NCBI GenBank assembly: GCA_038087875.1
Contig: CM075991.1
Span: 10,542,001 to 10,606,000, forward strand
DNA length: 64,000 nucleotides
Direction: 5' to 3'
Origin: Malacoraja senta
Lineage: Eukaryota
Position 1 is the first letter of the stretch; the number at the start of each line of letters is the position of its first letter. Shown piece by piece: positions 36,830 to 49,877 of the stretch. A program made the translations under genes and the position numbers. Under the pieces are notes generated by a model. The model saw only the letters and a list, made by a program, of their open reading frames with translations. It was not told the origin of the DNA and did no database searches.

Positions 36830-37360
36830 CTCCCCTCTCCCCCCCCCTCGCTCCCACTCCCCTCTCTTCCCCACTGTCCCTCTTCCCCCCACTCTCTCCC
36901 TCTCTTGCCCCCACCCCCCTCTCCCTTTCCCCCTCTCTCCCTCTCCCCCCCTCTCTCACTCTCCCCCCCTCGCTCCCACTCCCCTCTCTTCCCCACTGTC
37001 CCTCTTCCCCCCACTCTCTCCCTCTCTCGCCCCCACCACCCTCACCCTCTCCCCCCTCTCTCCCTCTCCCCCCTCTCCCTCTCCCCCTCTCTCCCCTCTC
37101 TCCCCTCTCTCCCTCTCCCTCTCCTCTCCCCCCCTCTCTCCCTCTCCCTCTCCCTCTCTCCTCCCCTCTCCCCCTCTCCCCCTCTCTCCCTCTCTCCCTA
37201 TCTCCCTCTCCCTCCCTCTCTCCTCTCCCCCTCTCTCCCTCTCCCCCCTCTCCCCCCCTCTTCCCCCCTCCCCTCTCCCCCTCACTTTCCTCTCTGTCTG
37301 CCTCCCTTCCTCTTCCTCTCTGACTGTCTGTGTTTCTCCCTTTCTCTCTCTCTCTCTCAT
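36830..37360. repeat. Polypyrimidine (CT-rich) low-complexity tract
   Basis: C/T-dominated, with an internal duplicated block. Confidence 0.93.
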
Positions 37361-37908
37361 ATTCTTTCACTCCGTCTGTCTGTGTCTCTCTCGCTAATAA
37401 TTTTCAAAGATTACAGTTCTGGTTGGAACATTGTTGAAGTGTGATCCAGTGTGAACACATGCTGTGCCAGAACTAAGCCCACTTTTGTTTGGTTTTTTTT
37501 TAATAACTTTCCACAAAGCCTCTCCGCCTAATCCTTTTAAGCTGAGCTGATTGGTGGCAATATAATGCAGTTATGTGCTCAGACTGGTTGGTTTCCACAG
37601 AAGTTGTGGGAGAAACCAAGCACGAACGATTCCTGGGAGAAAAAAAAAAAGTTGAGCCTCTCGGAGAGAGAGAGAGAGAGAGACAGAGAGCGAGAAGTCT
37701 GGTCATTATTGTCCTGTTCTGATGGTGTAAAATCAGTTTCTTTCTTTTGTCATTTTGTTTTGCACGTACTATTTGGGTTGAGTTTTTGTTCAAAGTAGGG
37801 TTTGACTTCTCTGTGGTGGAAAAGGCGAAGGACTCAAGCAAACTATTTTTCAACACTTTCTCTGGTGTCTCACGAGTCAGATGCTTCAATAAAAATTAGA
37901 CGTGTTGC

Positions 37909-38108
37909 NNNNNNNNNNNNNNNNNNNNNNNNNNNNNNNNNNNNNNNNNNNNNNNNNNNNNNNNNNNNNNNNNNNNNNNNNNNNNNNNNNNNNNNNNNNN
38001 NNNNNNNNNNNNNNNNNNNNNNNNNNNNNNNNNNNNNNNNNNNNNNNNNNNNNNNNNNNNNNNNNNNNNNNNNNNNNNNNNNNNNNNNNNNNNNNNNNNN
38101 NNNNNNNN
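37909..38108. other. Assembly gap (200 N)
   Basis: Run of n characters. Confidence 1.
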
Positions 38109-38530
38109 GGGCCGAATGGCCTACTCCTGCACCTATTTTCTATGTATATATGTATCTATCGTATTGAAACATATAAGATTATTAAGGGTTTGGACACGCT
38201 AGAGGCAGGAAACATGTTCCCGATGTTGGGGGTGTCCAGAACCAGGGCCCACTGTTTAAGAATAAGGGGTAAGTCATTTAGAAAAGAGATGAGGAAACAC
38301 TTTTTCTCACAGAGAGTGGTGAGTCTGTGGAATTCTCTGCCTCAGAGGGCGGTGGAGGCCGGTTCTCTGGATGCTTTCAAGAGAGAGCTAGATAGGGCTC
38401 GTAAAGATAGCGGAGTCAGGGGATATGGTGAGAAGGCAGGAATGGGTTACTGATTGGGGATGATCAGCCATGCGGTGCTGGCTCGAAGGCCGAATGGCCT
38501 ACTCCTGCACCTATTGTCTATTGTCTATTG
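38109..38530 (+). mobile_element. CR1/HER1-type LINE 3' fragments
   Basis: IETYKIIKGLDTLEAGNMFP...FSQRVVSLWNSLP plus tail. Confidence 0.85.
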
Positions 38531-39993
38531 TAATTTTTATTGGATTAATGCAGCATTAGTGGCAATGGGTGCTCGAAGAACAGTGCAGATCCAATGGACC
38601 ACATGGCCTGTTACCTTGACTCAACCACACATGGTGGCCTCACAAGGCTCTTAGATATCACATGCGTGTCGTTTAAAGTTGGAAAGGTGCGGGGAAGATT
38701 TACGAGGATGTTGCCAGGACAAGGGGTCTGAGCTATAGGGAGAGGGTGAGCAGCCTTCAGAGCGCAGGAGGATGAGGGGTGATCTTATAGAGGGGTACAA
38801 AATCATGAGTGGAATAGACCGGGTAGACGCACAGAGGCTCTTGCCCAGAGTAGGGAATCAAGAGCCAGAGGTGAGCGGGAAAGATTTAACAGTAACATGA
38901 AGGTGAATTTCTTACACAAAGGGTGATGGGTGTATGGAACGAGCTGCCGGAGGAGGTAGTCGAGGCAAGTACTATCGCTTAGTTTAAGAAACATTTAGAC
39001 AGGTACATGGATAGTAAACACAAAATGCTGGTGTAACTCAGCGGGTGAGGCAGCATCTATGGGGAGAAGGAATTGGCAACGTTTCGGGTCGAGACCCTTC
39101 TTCAGACTGACATCATTCCTTCTGTCCATAGATGCTGCCTCACCCGCTGAGTTTCTCCAGCATTTTGTGTCTACCTTCCATTGTTCCAGCCTGCATTTCT
39201 TTCTTAAACAGGTGCATGGATAGGACAGGTTTAAAGGGATTTGGGCCAAATGCAGACAGATGGGACTTGTGTAGATGAGACATGTTGGCCGGTGTGGGCA
39301 GGTTGGGCCGAAGGTCATGTTTCCATGCTCCATGTGCAGAGAATGGAGGGGGATATGGATCACATTCAGGCAGATGAGATTAGTGTATCTTGGCATTGTG
39401 TTCAGCACAGTCGTTGTGGGCCGAAGGGCCTGTTCCTGTGCTATACTGTTCTGTGTCCTATCTGCTGCTCTAAGGCCTGGTTGCTGGAGTATGCAATTGG
39501 GATGGACACGATCCAACAAGAGCATAAGAAAATAAGAGTAGGAGTAGGCCACTCGGCCCCTCAGGCCTATCCACCTTTAAATAGGGCCTGATGTTCACCT
39601 TGCTGCCTCTCTTCTCCTGAACTAGTTTCCCCATAGCCCTCGCTTGCATGATCTTTCCTATTTCCTCTTTACATAGCGGCCATTATCGGGCTGCTCAGTG
39701 GCGCAGCGGTAGATTTGCTGCCTGACGGCGCCAGTGACCGGGTTCAATCCTGACTACGGGTGCTGTCTGTATGGAGTTCACACGTTCTCCCTGTGAGCGC
39801 GGAGTTTTCCCGGCGCTCCGGTTTCCTCCCACACTCCAGAGACGTGCAGGTTTGTAGGTTAATTGGCTTCTGTAAAATTGTAAATTGTCCCTAGTGTGTG
39901 TGGGTGTGTGTGTGTGGGTGTGTGGGTGTGGGTGTGCGTGTGCGTGCGTGCGTGTGTGTGTGTGTGTGTGTGTGTGTTAGTGTGTGTGTGTTA

Positions 39994-40319
39994 TGGCCCT
40001 GTCCCACGGTACGAGTTCATTCCAAGACCTCTCCCGAGTTGCCCTGATTCGAACGCGGAGATTACGGTAATGGCCGCTCGTCGGTACTCAGGGTACTCAG
40101 GGCTCCCGTGGACATTTTTCAACATGTTGACAAATCTTCCCGAGTCTTCCCGAGTTTACCGCGTTTCCCGAGTACCTGCCGTTAGCGTTACGAGCCGCTA
40201 AGAGACGTCCCCGAGCTCCGACGTACCCGCTACGTTCATTCTCCGTGCTTACCACGAGTTTGATTTTTTTTAAACTCGGGAGAGCTCTTGGAATGAACTC
40301 GTACCGTGGGACAGGGCCA
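39994..40319. mobile_element. Harbinger-like MITE inserted in a V-SINE
   Basis: TIRs TGGCCCTGTCCCACGGTACG; TTA duplication. Confidence 0.8.
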
Positions 40320-40924
40320 TTAGTGTGCAGAGGCCGTTGGTCGGTGTGGACTCGGTGAGCTGAAGCCCCCCGTTTCTGCGCTGTATCCCTCAACTAACAC
40401 CAGAGAATAGAATAACAAAGGACATTGTTACTTGAACTGGGGCCCATAAGTTAAGATAACTTGAACCAGCCCTCAGGTAGCCAGCGCTCGGTTTAATGTT
40501 TTCACCTCGGCTGTTTACAATCCAAATATACGACTCTGAGGTGGGGACTGAGTGTAACGTTCCCAAGTTTATTGACGATGTCAAATTGAGGTGGGAACAC
40601 AGACTGTGAGGAGGATGGATGATGCCGTCAAGATGACAGCGTAGACACACTGAGTGAGTGGGCAAGACGGGGCAGATGGAGGATTGTGTGAAAATGCGAA
40701 GTTTATATTTAGAGAAGGAAAAACTGTTTTTTGTTGCGTGGTCTCCAGCCAGCGAAAAGGCTCTACATTATTTAAAAGTCGTCCACCGTGTACAGATACA
40801 GGGTAAGAGGAATAACGCTTAGTGCAAGATAGAGTCCGATTAAAGATAATCCCAGGGTCTCCAATGATATTAGAACTTGCATTGAGTCAAGTTATAGTTC
40901 AGTTTATTTAGTTCAGAGATACAG

Positions 40925-41333
40925 ACAATAGACAATAGGTGCAGGAGTAGGCCATTCGGCTCTTCGGGCCAGCACCGCCATTTCAATGTGATCATGGCTG
41001 ATCATCCCCAATCAGTACCCCGTTCCTGCCTTCTCCCCATATCCCCTGATTCCGCTATTTTTTAAGAGCCCTATCTAGCTCTCTCTTGAAAGCATCCAGA
41101 GAACCGGCCTCCACCGCCCTCTGAGGCAGAGAATTCCACAGACTCGCCAACTCTCTGTGAGAAAAAGTGTTTCCTCGTCTCCGTTCTGAATGGCTTACTC
41201 CTTATTCTTAAACCGTGCCCCTGGTTCTGGACTCCCCAAACATCGGGAACATGTTTCCTGCCTCTAGCGCAAAGAATTAGAGGAGTAGTAACTTTGCTCT
41301 AGCGTGTCCAAACCCTTAACAATCTTATATGTT
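40925..41333 (-). mobile_element. CR1/HER1-type LINE 3' fragment
   Basis: Reverse complement of the HER1-type 3' end. Confidence 0.82.
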
Positions 41334-41334
41334 T

Positions 41335-41622
41335 ACAGTGCGGAGACAGGCCCACTGGGTCCGCGCCGACCAGCGATCCCCGCACATTAACACTTTATTA
41401 AGATTAACATGAACACAATTTTTACATTTACCAAGCCAATTAACCTACAAACTGCCCGTTTTTGGAGTGTGGAGGAAACCGAAGATCTCAGAGAAAAGCC
41501 ACGAGGTCACGGGGAGAAGGTACAAACTCCGTACAGACAGCACCCGTAGTTGGGATCGAACCCGGGTCTCTGGTGCTGCATTCGCTGTAAGGCAGCAACT
41601 CTACCGCTGCGCCACCGTGACC
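41335..41622 (-). mobile_element. V-SINE (HE1-like)
   Basis: Reverse complement of head, V-domain and tail. Confidence 0.8.
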
Positions 41623-41849
41623 GTCTATTAATTATACACATTTGTTTCGTTAGTTTTTGAGAGTTTTAGCTTCGGCCCACTGTGCAGACCAGTGATCCCC
41701 ACACACTAACGCTATCCTACACACTAGGGACAATTTTATAATCTTTACCGAAGCCAATTATCCTACAAACGCGTGCGTTTTAATCCCACGCAACAACAAA
41801 GCTTTTCACTGGACCTCGGCTCACGTGACACTCAACCAAACTACCTAAA

Positions 41850-42496
41850 GTAATGGTCAGACTCATCATGCAACTACGAAAGCAACAGGTGTCCTAAATT
41901 GTCTGAGGCGCAACTTTCGGCATTGTTCAACTTCTGTCAAGGAGAAGCTATACTTCACCCTCGTTAGACCTCATTTGGACTACGCAGTTGCAGCATGGGA
42001 CCTATACACAAATAAAAATAAATCTTCCATCGAACGTGTCCAAAGACAGGCAGCTCGATTTGTTACTAACACCTATGAGAGAGAAGCGAGTGTTACCAAA
42101 CTTCTGAATTCTCTGCGGTGGAAGGAACCCTCTCCAAGACAGACGTGAAGCTCACCGTTTGACCTGTTTTTACAAAACGTTAAATGGTCAGCTCGACATA
42201 GATTACAAGACCTACACCAAACCCAAACCAATTAGGAGCAGACGAGGGCATTCGATCCAATTTGTGATTCCAGCTACCAAGACAGATGTGTACAACAATT
42301 CGTTCTTCCCCCACACAATTAGAGCATGGACTAATCTCCACCCTACTTTAGTTACCCAACCAGATGCAACTAAATTTAAGGTAGCTCTTTCTTCCAAAAA
42401 CCTTTCTTGGCTTAAGTCCTCCCTCCACCACCTCCAGTTTAAATTCCAATTTGGAATATTTTGGAGGACCAAGAAACCAAGAACCAAGAACCAAGT
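41850..42496 (+). mobile_element. CR1-group LINE 3' fragment of a family distinct from HER1
   Basis: KATGVLNCLRRNF...LYFTLVRPHLDYAVAAWD...IERVQRQAARFV...SFFPHTIRAWTNL; (ACCAAGA)n tail. Confidence 0.8.
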
Positions 42497-42617
42497 CTGA
42501 AGAAGTCTGACAAAAGCTCTGTCACTGTACCTCGGTACACGTGACAATAAACTAAACTACACTCAGGTAGACAAAAGTGCTGGAGAAACTCAGCGGGTGC
42601 AGCAGCATCTATGGAGC

Positions 42618-42781
42618 GAAGGAAATAGGCAACGTTTCGGGCCGAAACCCTTCTTCAGACTGAAGGAAATAGGCAACGTTTTGGGCCGAAACCCTTCTTC
42701 AGACTGAAGGAAATAGGCAACGTTTCCGGCGAAACCCTTCTTCAGACTGAAGGAAATAGGCAACGTTTCGGGCCGAAACCC
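42618..42781 (-). repeat. 44-bp tandem array of the Penelope hammerhead-like unit inside a fold-back repeat (42565-42870)
   Basis: Units start at 42618, 42662, 42706 and 42749; minus strand reads CTGAAGAAGGGTTTCGGCCCGAAACGTT. Confidence 0.85.
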
Positions 42782-43996
42782 GGAAGGGTTTCGGGCCGAA
42801 ACGTTGCCTATTTCCTTCGCTCCATAGATGCTGCTGCACCCACTGAGTTTCTCCAGCACTTTTGTCTACAAACTACCTAACTAACTGCCTTTACCACCAC
42901 TACTGACAACAGAAGTCAAAACACCAAATGACCTCGGTACACGCGACAATATTCATAAACTCCTACAAACTATTATTACTAATTGCCCTCGTAGTAGTGA
43001 AGGCAGTAGTGAAGCACCTTTATGCGCCCCTGCAGTTCTACTTGTGAAGTCGCTGCTGTATAGGGGTGAGTTCAGAACGTAGACTTGTGGCGATGAGCGA
43101 GTGGCGATTTTTTCCCCAGTCAGAATAGCATGAAGCTTATGGGAGATGGGAGGGGGGGGGGGGGGAACCTGTCGGTGGTGGTGTCTCTCTACACCTGCTG
43201 CCCCTTGTGCTCTTTGGTGGTGGAAGTCAGAGGTTTGAGAGGTGCTGAAGATCGACACAAAAAGGCTGGAGTAACTCAGCGGGACAGGGCAGCATCTCTG
43301 GATGGAAGGAATGGGTGACGTTCGGGGCCAGCCTGTGGAATTGCCTGGGAGGGAACTGCAGGACAGGCTGTGGATTGATCACACTGCAGCACGGCAAGCT
43401 AGTGGAGGGGGGGGGGGGGGTGATGTTAGGCCACGACTGGAATATTAGTTGTGGACCTGATCATCGTCATACATTAACAGAAACAGGCCCTTCGGCCCAA
43501 CAGTCCCATGCTGACCAAGATGCCCCATCTACATCAGGCCCACCTGCCCACGTTTGGCACAAATCCCTCCAATCCTTTCCTGTCAAATGAAACTGTCCAA
43601 ATGTTAAAGTTGTTATAGTACCTCAAGAGTGTTTTGTTGTCCTGAAACGGAAGGATTAAATCTTATTAAATTCTTACTTGCAGCAGCTCAAACATGTTGC
43701 AAAACATACTTGGCTAATAAAGTATGATTATGAATATGATTTATGGCAACTGATATGTGAACATAGTACTCTGTAAAAGCCACAAATAAACAACATATCA
43801 ATAAAATTCAGTTAGATATGAAAACGCTGGAGTAACTCAGACAGCATCTCCGGAGAAGGGTCTCGAACTGAACGTCACCCATTCCTTTTCTCCAGAGATG
43901 CTGTCTGACCCGCTGAGTTACTCCAGCTTTTTGTGTCTATCTTTGTTTTAAACCAGCGTCTGCAGTTCCTTCCTACAAAAAAAGTTCAGTATATAT

Positions 43997-44295
43997 AGCG
44001 CAGCGGTAGAGTTGCGGCTTACCGCAAATGAACACCGGAGATCAGGGCTCGATCCCAACTACGGGCGCTTGTCTGTACGGAGTTTGTACGTTCTCCCCGT
44101 GACCTGCGTGGGTTTCCTCCGAGATCTTCGGTTTCCTCCCACACTCCAAAGGCGTACAGGTATGTAGGTTAATTGGCTTGGTAAATTTTAAGAAAAATTG
44201 TCCCTAGTGTGTGTTGGATAACGTTAATATGCGGGATCGCTGGTCGGTGTGAACTTGAAGGGCCTATTTCCGCGCTGTATTTCTAAACTAAACTA
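43997..44295 (+). mobile_element. V-SINE (HE1-like)
   Basis: tRNA head, V-domain, tail. Confidence 0.8.
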
Positions 44296-46181
44296 ATATA
44301 TTTCTGTATATTAGTCTAGTTTAGAGTCTGAAGAAGAGTCTGAAGAAGGGCTTCGGCCCGAAACGTTGCCTGTTCCTTCGCTCCATAGATGCTGCTGCAC
44401 CCGCTGAGTTTCTCCCAGCATTTTTGTGTACCTTCGATTTTCCAGCATCTGCAGTTCCTTCTTTAACATAATATATTTCTGTTGCAGATTCTCTTTCCGC
44501 TGACTGGATAGCGTGCAACAAAAATGCTCGGTATATGTGGCAATAAACTAAACTGATTCTGGCACATATGATAAATCTCTTGAATCCTGTCATCTGGCTT
44601 CTCCCTTCGTTATCGTTATCGGATTGTTAGTGGTTGTGTTGTGAAGAGGTCTCTCGGTTTACATTTGGAGGATTTTGCTTTGCTAGTTCCCGTGAAACGT
44701 TTGTCTCTGGGGAATTCCTTCAACTCAATCCCTTATCTTGTATGTGTACACTGTGGACGGCTCGACTGTAATCATGTATCGTCTTTCCGCTGACTGGTTA
44801 GCAGGCAACAAAAGCGTTCCACTGTACCTCGGTACAAGTGACTATAACCCAAACTGAAAGTCAGGCTAGCCCAATGCCTGTCTCCCCTTATGCCGCTGGG
44901 AGACAAGGTGGTGGATGTTTCAACTTAGTTTAGAGATACAGCAGGGAAACGGGCCCTTCGGCCCACCGGGTCCATGCCGACCAGCGAGTACCCATTCACA
45001 CTAGTTCTATGTTCTGTTGGACCAAAGGCCATATCCATGAGGATCGGACAGGAAAGTGGCCTGAGGTCAAAATCGGATTCACCAGGATCCTTCAACAGCA
45101 GAAGAGTCTGAGTTTAGTTCAAGAAGGAAGTGCAGATGCTGGAAAATCAACATGATTTTGATTTATAAAGAACTCATGTAACTTCTGTTTAAGTAGGAAC
45201 TGCAGATGCTGGAAAATCGAAGGTAGACAAAAATGCTGGAGAAACTCAGCGGGTGCAGCAGCATCTATGGAGCGAAGGAAATAGGCAACGTTTCGGCCCG
45301 AAACGTTGCCTATTTCCTTCAGTCTGAAGAAGGGTTTCGGCCCGAAACGTTGCCTATTTCCTTCAGTCTGAAGAAGGGATTCGGCCCGAACGTTGCCTAT
45401 TTCCTTTGCTCCATAGATGCTGCTGCACCCGCTGAGTTTCTCCAGCACTTTTGTCTACCTGAGTCTAGTTTAGTTTATTGTCACGTGTACCGAGGTACAA
45501 TGAAAGAGCTTTTGTTGCGTGCTATCCAGTCAGCGGAAAGACAATACGTGATTACAACTGAGCCATTTACAGTGTACAGATACAGGATAAAGGGAATAAC
45601 GTTTAGTGCAAGGTAAAGTCCGTTCAAAGATAGTCCCAGGTTCCCCAATGAGGTAGATAGTAGTTCAGGACTGCTCTCTGGTTGTGGTAGGATGGTTCAG
45701 TTGCCTGACAACAGCTGGGAAGAAACCGTCGCACAATGGGCCGAATGGTCGCCTCTTCTGCTTTTCTTTTATAAGTACTTTTACATCATGTAACTTTGGC
45801 TCTGAAGGAAGTGAATTGCAGGCTGTGCTCTCTGGAATGTGAAAGGTTAGAGGTGGTTTGATTACACTGTTTGAGATGTACAAGGAACAGATGAGATAGA
45901 GAGATAGAGAGAAACTCTGTCTGTCAGCTTTTTTTTAGGGGTAGGGGGATAAGTGTCAAATAATTAAAGCCAGGTCTCTTGGGAAGGAAGTCCCACACGA
46001 CTCCGCACGCGAAGCGAGGAATTCCCTTCCACAATCTTGTAGATATTTTTAACTGGGCCAATATCGATATTAAAGTCGAAACAAGTACGGCACGGCGACG
46101 CAGCGGTAGAGTTGCTGCCTCACGGCGCCAAAGACCCGGGTTCGATCATGACTGCGGATGCTATCTATACGGAGTTTGCAC

Positions 46182-46590
46182 ATCATATGCTGAGAGCATG
46201 GAGCGGCTGGGCTTGTGCACTGGAGTTTAGAAGGATGAGAGGGTATCTCATTGAAACATATAAGATTATTAGGGCTTGGTCACGCTAGAGGCAGGAAACT
46301 TGTTCCCGATGTTGGGGGAGTCCAGAACCATGGGCCACACACAGTTAAGAATAAGGGGTAAGCCATTTAGAACGGAGACGAGGAAACACCTTTTCTCACA
46401 GAGAGTGGTGAGTCTGGAATTCTCTGCCTCAGAGGGCGGTGGAGGCAGGTTCTCTGGATGCTTTCAAGAGAGAGCTAGATAGGTCTCTTAAAGATAGCGG
46501 AGTCAGGGGATATAGAGAAGGCAGGAACGGGGTACTGATTGGGATGATCAGCCATGAAATGGCCTACTCCTGCACCTATTGTCTATTGTC
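46182..46590 (+). mobile_element. CR1/HER1-type LINE 3' fragment
   Basis: LEAGNLFPMLGESRT...FSQRVVSL plus tail. Confidence 0.82.
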
Positions 46591-47678
46591 AATTGACCGG
46601 CGATCGGCGCACACTAACACGACCCTACACACAAGGAATATTTACAACTACAGAAGCAATTGATCCTACAACCTGTACTTTTTGGAATGTGGAGGAAACC
46701 CGAGAAAACCAACGCAGGTCACGTGGAGAACGTGCAAACTCCGTACAGACAGCACCCGTAGTCAGGATCGAACCCGGGTCTCTTGCGCTGTAAGGCAGCA
46801 ACTCTACCGCTGCGCACCGGTGGCACTACTCGTCGAGCTCTTGAATTGTTGACGTTTAAGGCTGCAGGTTACAGCTGGTAAAAACAGCCGAACATGTAGC
46901 CCTTTTGTGGACTTTGGACCCAGACGAGAACTAAAGTGAAGTCAAGTCTGTGTCCATATTCAAGCAGTGAAATGAAGTCGGCTTTGGGCAAACAGTCAAC
47001 CAAAACAGGAACCAGTGGCCAGATAGAGCACAGATCAGTCCAAGTGTTATTGCTTTTTGTCGAACGTGTTCACTGCCTACATTTTTGATGTTGAAATCAG
47101 TGTGCTTCCGTCTACTTCCTGACAACTCCCAACTTGGTTAACCATGTGTTGGCAAGTCCCAAGGAGAGAACAATTAGTTTGAACCTTAATCAAAGGCAAG
47201 GCAAGGTCATGGAAAAAGCATTCTCTACAAATGGACAAAGCACCTGATAATAATATCTACAACATTATCTTGCTGCTAGTATTTTAACCCCTGTTTGGTG
47301 CAGTTTGTACCCATGATAGTTTAGATTAGTTTAGTGAGTCGTAGTTTAGAGATACAGTGTGGAAACAGGCCCTTCGGCCCACCAGTCCGCACCGACCAGC
47401 GATCCCCGCACATTAACACTATGCTCTGGACAATTTTCATTTTACCATTAACCTACAACCCCATACGTCTTTGGAGTGTGGAGGCAACCGAAGATCTCGG
47501 CGAAAACCACGGGGAGAACGTGCAAACTCCATACAGACAGCACCCGTAGTCGGGGTCAAACCCGGGTCTCTGGCGCTGTAAGGCAATTATCTACTTCTGC
47601 GCCATATAAAATATCAGAAGATACAGATGCTTGCTTAGAAGTTCATCCTGCAGTATAGTGAGCAGTTATGGGGCCCAT

Positions 47679-48125
47679 GTCAAGTCAAGTCAAGTGTATT
47701 TGTCTCACACACACACACATACAAGATGTGCAGTGAAATGAAAGTGGCAATGCCTGCGGATTTTGCAAAAAGACTACAGAACAGAATAGAACAGAATCAG
47801 AAAAAAACAGTAGCAATTTTAAAAAGACACAATACAACAGTAAATTGGTTCAGTAAGTTAGTCCCTGGTGAGATCAGAGTTTACAGTCTGATGGCCTGTG
47901 GGAAGAAACTCCGTCTCATCCTCTCTGTTTTCACAGCGTGACAGCGGAGGCGTTTGCCTGACCGTCGCAGCTGGAACAGTCCGTTGCTGGGGGTGGAAGG
48001 GGTCCCCCATAATGTTGCTGGCTCTGGATGTGCAACTTCTGGTGTATAGTTCCTGCAGGGGGGTGGGGGAGAGCGTAGATTCACTTGTGCGTTCGGCCGA
48101 ACGCACTCTCCTTCTTGTCCTGGGC
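47679..48125 (-). mobile_element. Rex1/Babar-type LINE 3' fragment (second family)
   Basis: GLFQLRRSGKRLR...RRSFFPQAIRL on minus strand; (CTTGA)n tail. Confidence 0.75.
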
Positions 48126-49557
48126 AGAGCCAGTTCCAAACAGCATGGTGATGTTGCGGACAAGATGCTCTCTGAGGAGGATGCGCTGGCGTTGGAGAAG
48201 GTCCAGTCTAGAGGAGGTTTACGAGAATGATCCCAGGAATGCAGTGGGTTAACGTATGATTAGCGTTTGGTGGGCAATGGGCCTGTACCTGGAGTTTAGA
48301 AGGGATGATGGGAGACCTCGTTGAACTTACCGATTAGCGAAAGTCCTGGACAGAGTGGATGTGGAGAGGATGCTTCCACTAGTGGGAGAATCTAGACCGA
48401 GAGCACGGTCTGAATAAAAGGACGTACCTTTTACAAAGGAGATAAGAAGGAATTTCTTTAGGCAGACGTGGATGAATCTGTGGAATACATTGCCACAAAC
48501 GACAGGTTATGATTAATAAGGGTGTATTGATTAATAAAGGTTATGGGGAGAAGGCAGGAGACAGGCCTTTCAGCCCACTGCGTCTCTACTGACCAGCGAT
48601 CCCCGCACACTTTACAGAAGGGAGTCTTACAATACACTACACCCATCCCTTCTGTAATACGCTATCTCAAGCATAATCGTTTTCTGAGGCAATGTTTCCA
48701 AATTCTCCCTCTCACGCTTAAATCAAGATGAAAACCTTACTCCCCAAATAACGTGTGTAGGAAAGAACTGCAGATGCTGGTTTAAATCGAAGGTAGACAC
48801 AAAATGCCGGAGTAACTCAGCGGGGCAGGCAGCATCTCGGGTCGTTTCGGGTCGAGACCGTTCTTCAGACTTTCCAAATGACTTTACTTTCTCCTAACGA
48901 TTCTTTCTCCCTGCCTGCCGGTTCCAAGATTATAATTTAACAGCAGCCAAGCATGTTCTTCGTGCCCACCTTCCGTTTTTCTTAGTGTCCTTCAATTTCC
49001 TCTCCCGAGGCCGTGGTTATACAACAGTTGAAAAGGTTCCACTGCGTATGGAAAATACTTGAACGAGCCACCTCCTTCCCAATGGACTTGTTTTGGACTC
49101 TTTGATGCAGACTCTGGTCGGTCAACAGGAGATTGAAACGCTTCCAGAACGCTTCAAACATGCAAGTGCAAGTCAGGTCAGCCTGTCAAACGTGTGGTCC
49201 TGACTACAGCGACTTTTCCTGACAATATCACAGTGCCCAATCAACCAACCACAGTTTCAAAGACTTCAGTTGGATCATCTGATGTTTTCCCTTCCCTATT
49301 GCTTTTTTTCTTTAAGTTTAGTTTAGAGATACAGCGCTGAAACAGGCCCTCCAGCTCACCGAGTCCCCTCCGACCAGCGATCCCCGCAAATTAACACCAA
49401 CCTACACACACTAGGGACAATTTTACATTTTCTCCCAGCCAATTAACCTATGAACCTGCGCGATCTCGGAGAAAACCCACGCAGGTCACGGGGAGAAGGT
49501 ACAAGCTCAGTACAGACAACCATAGTCAGGATCGAACCCTGGGCTCTGGCGCTGTAA

Positions 49558-49877
49558 TAGCCCTGTCCCATGGTGCGAGTTCATTCCAAGAGCTCTCCCC
49601 GAGTTTGCCCTGATTTGAACTCTGAGATTTACGGTAATGGCCGCTCGTCGGTACTCGGGGCTCTCGTGGACTTTTTTCAACGTGTTGAAATATCTTCACG
49701 AGTCTTCCCGTGCTTACCTGCCGTCAGCGAGTCTTCCCGAGTACCTGCCGTTAGCGCTAAGAGACGTCCCCGAGCTCCGACGTACCCGCTACGTTCATTC
49801 TCCGTGCTTACCACGAGTTTGATTTTTTTAAAACTCGGGAGAGCTCTTGAATGAAATCGTACCGTGGGGCAGCGCTT
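49558..49877. mobile_element. Harbinger-like MITE inserted in a minus-strand V-SINE
   Basis: TAA duplication restores SINE sequence CTGTAAGGCAG; imperfect TIRs. Confidence 0.78.

Noticed and set aside
45979..46035. CGC-UUCGCGU-GCG (minus strand) resembling HDV P3/L3
   Set aside because: No complementary P1 or P2 strands nearby; context looks like a decayed CR1
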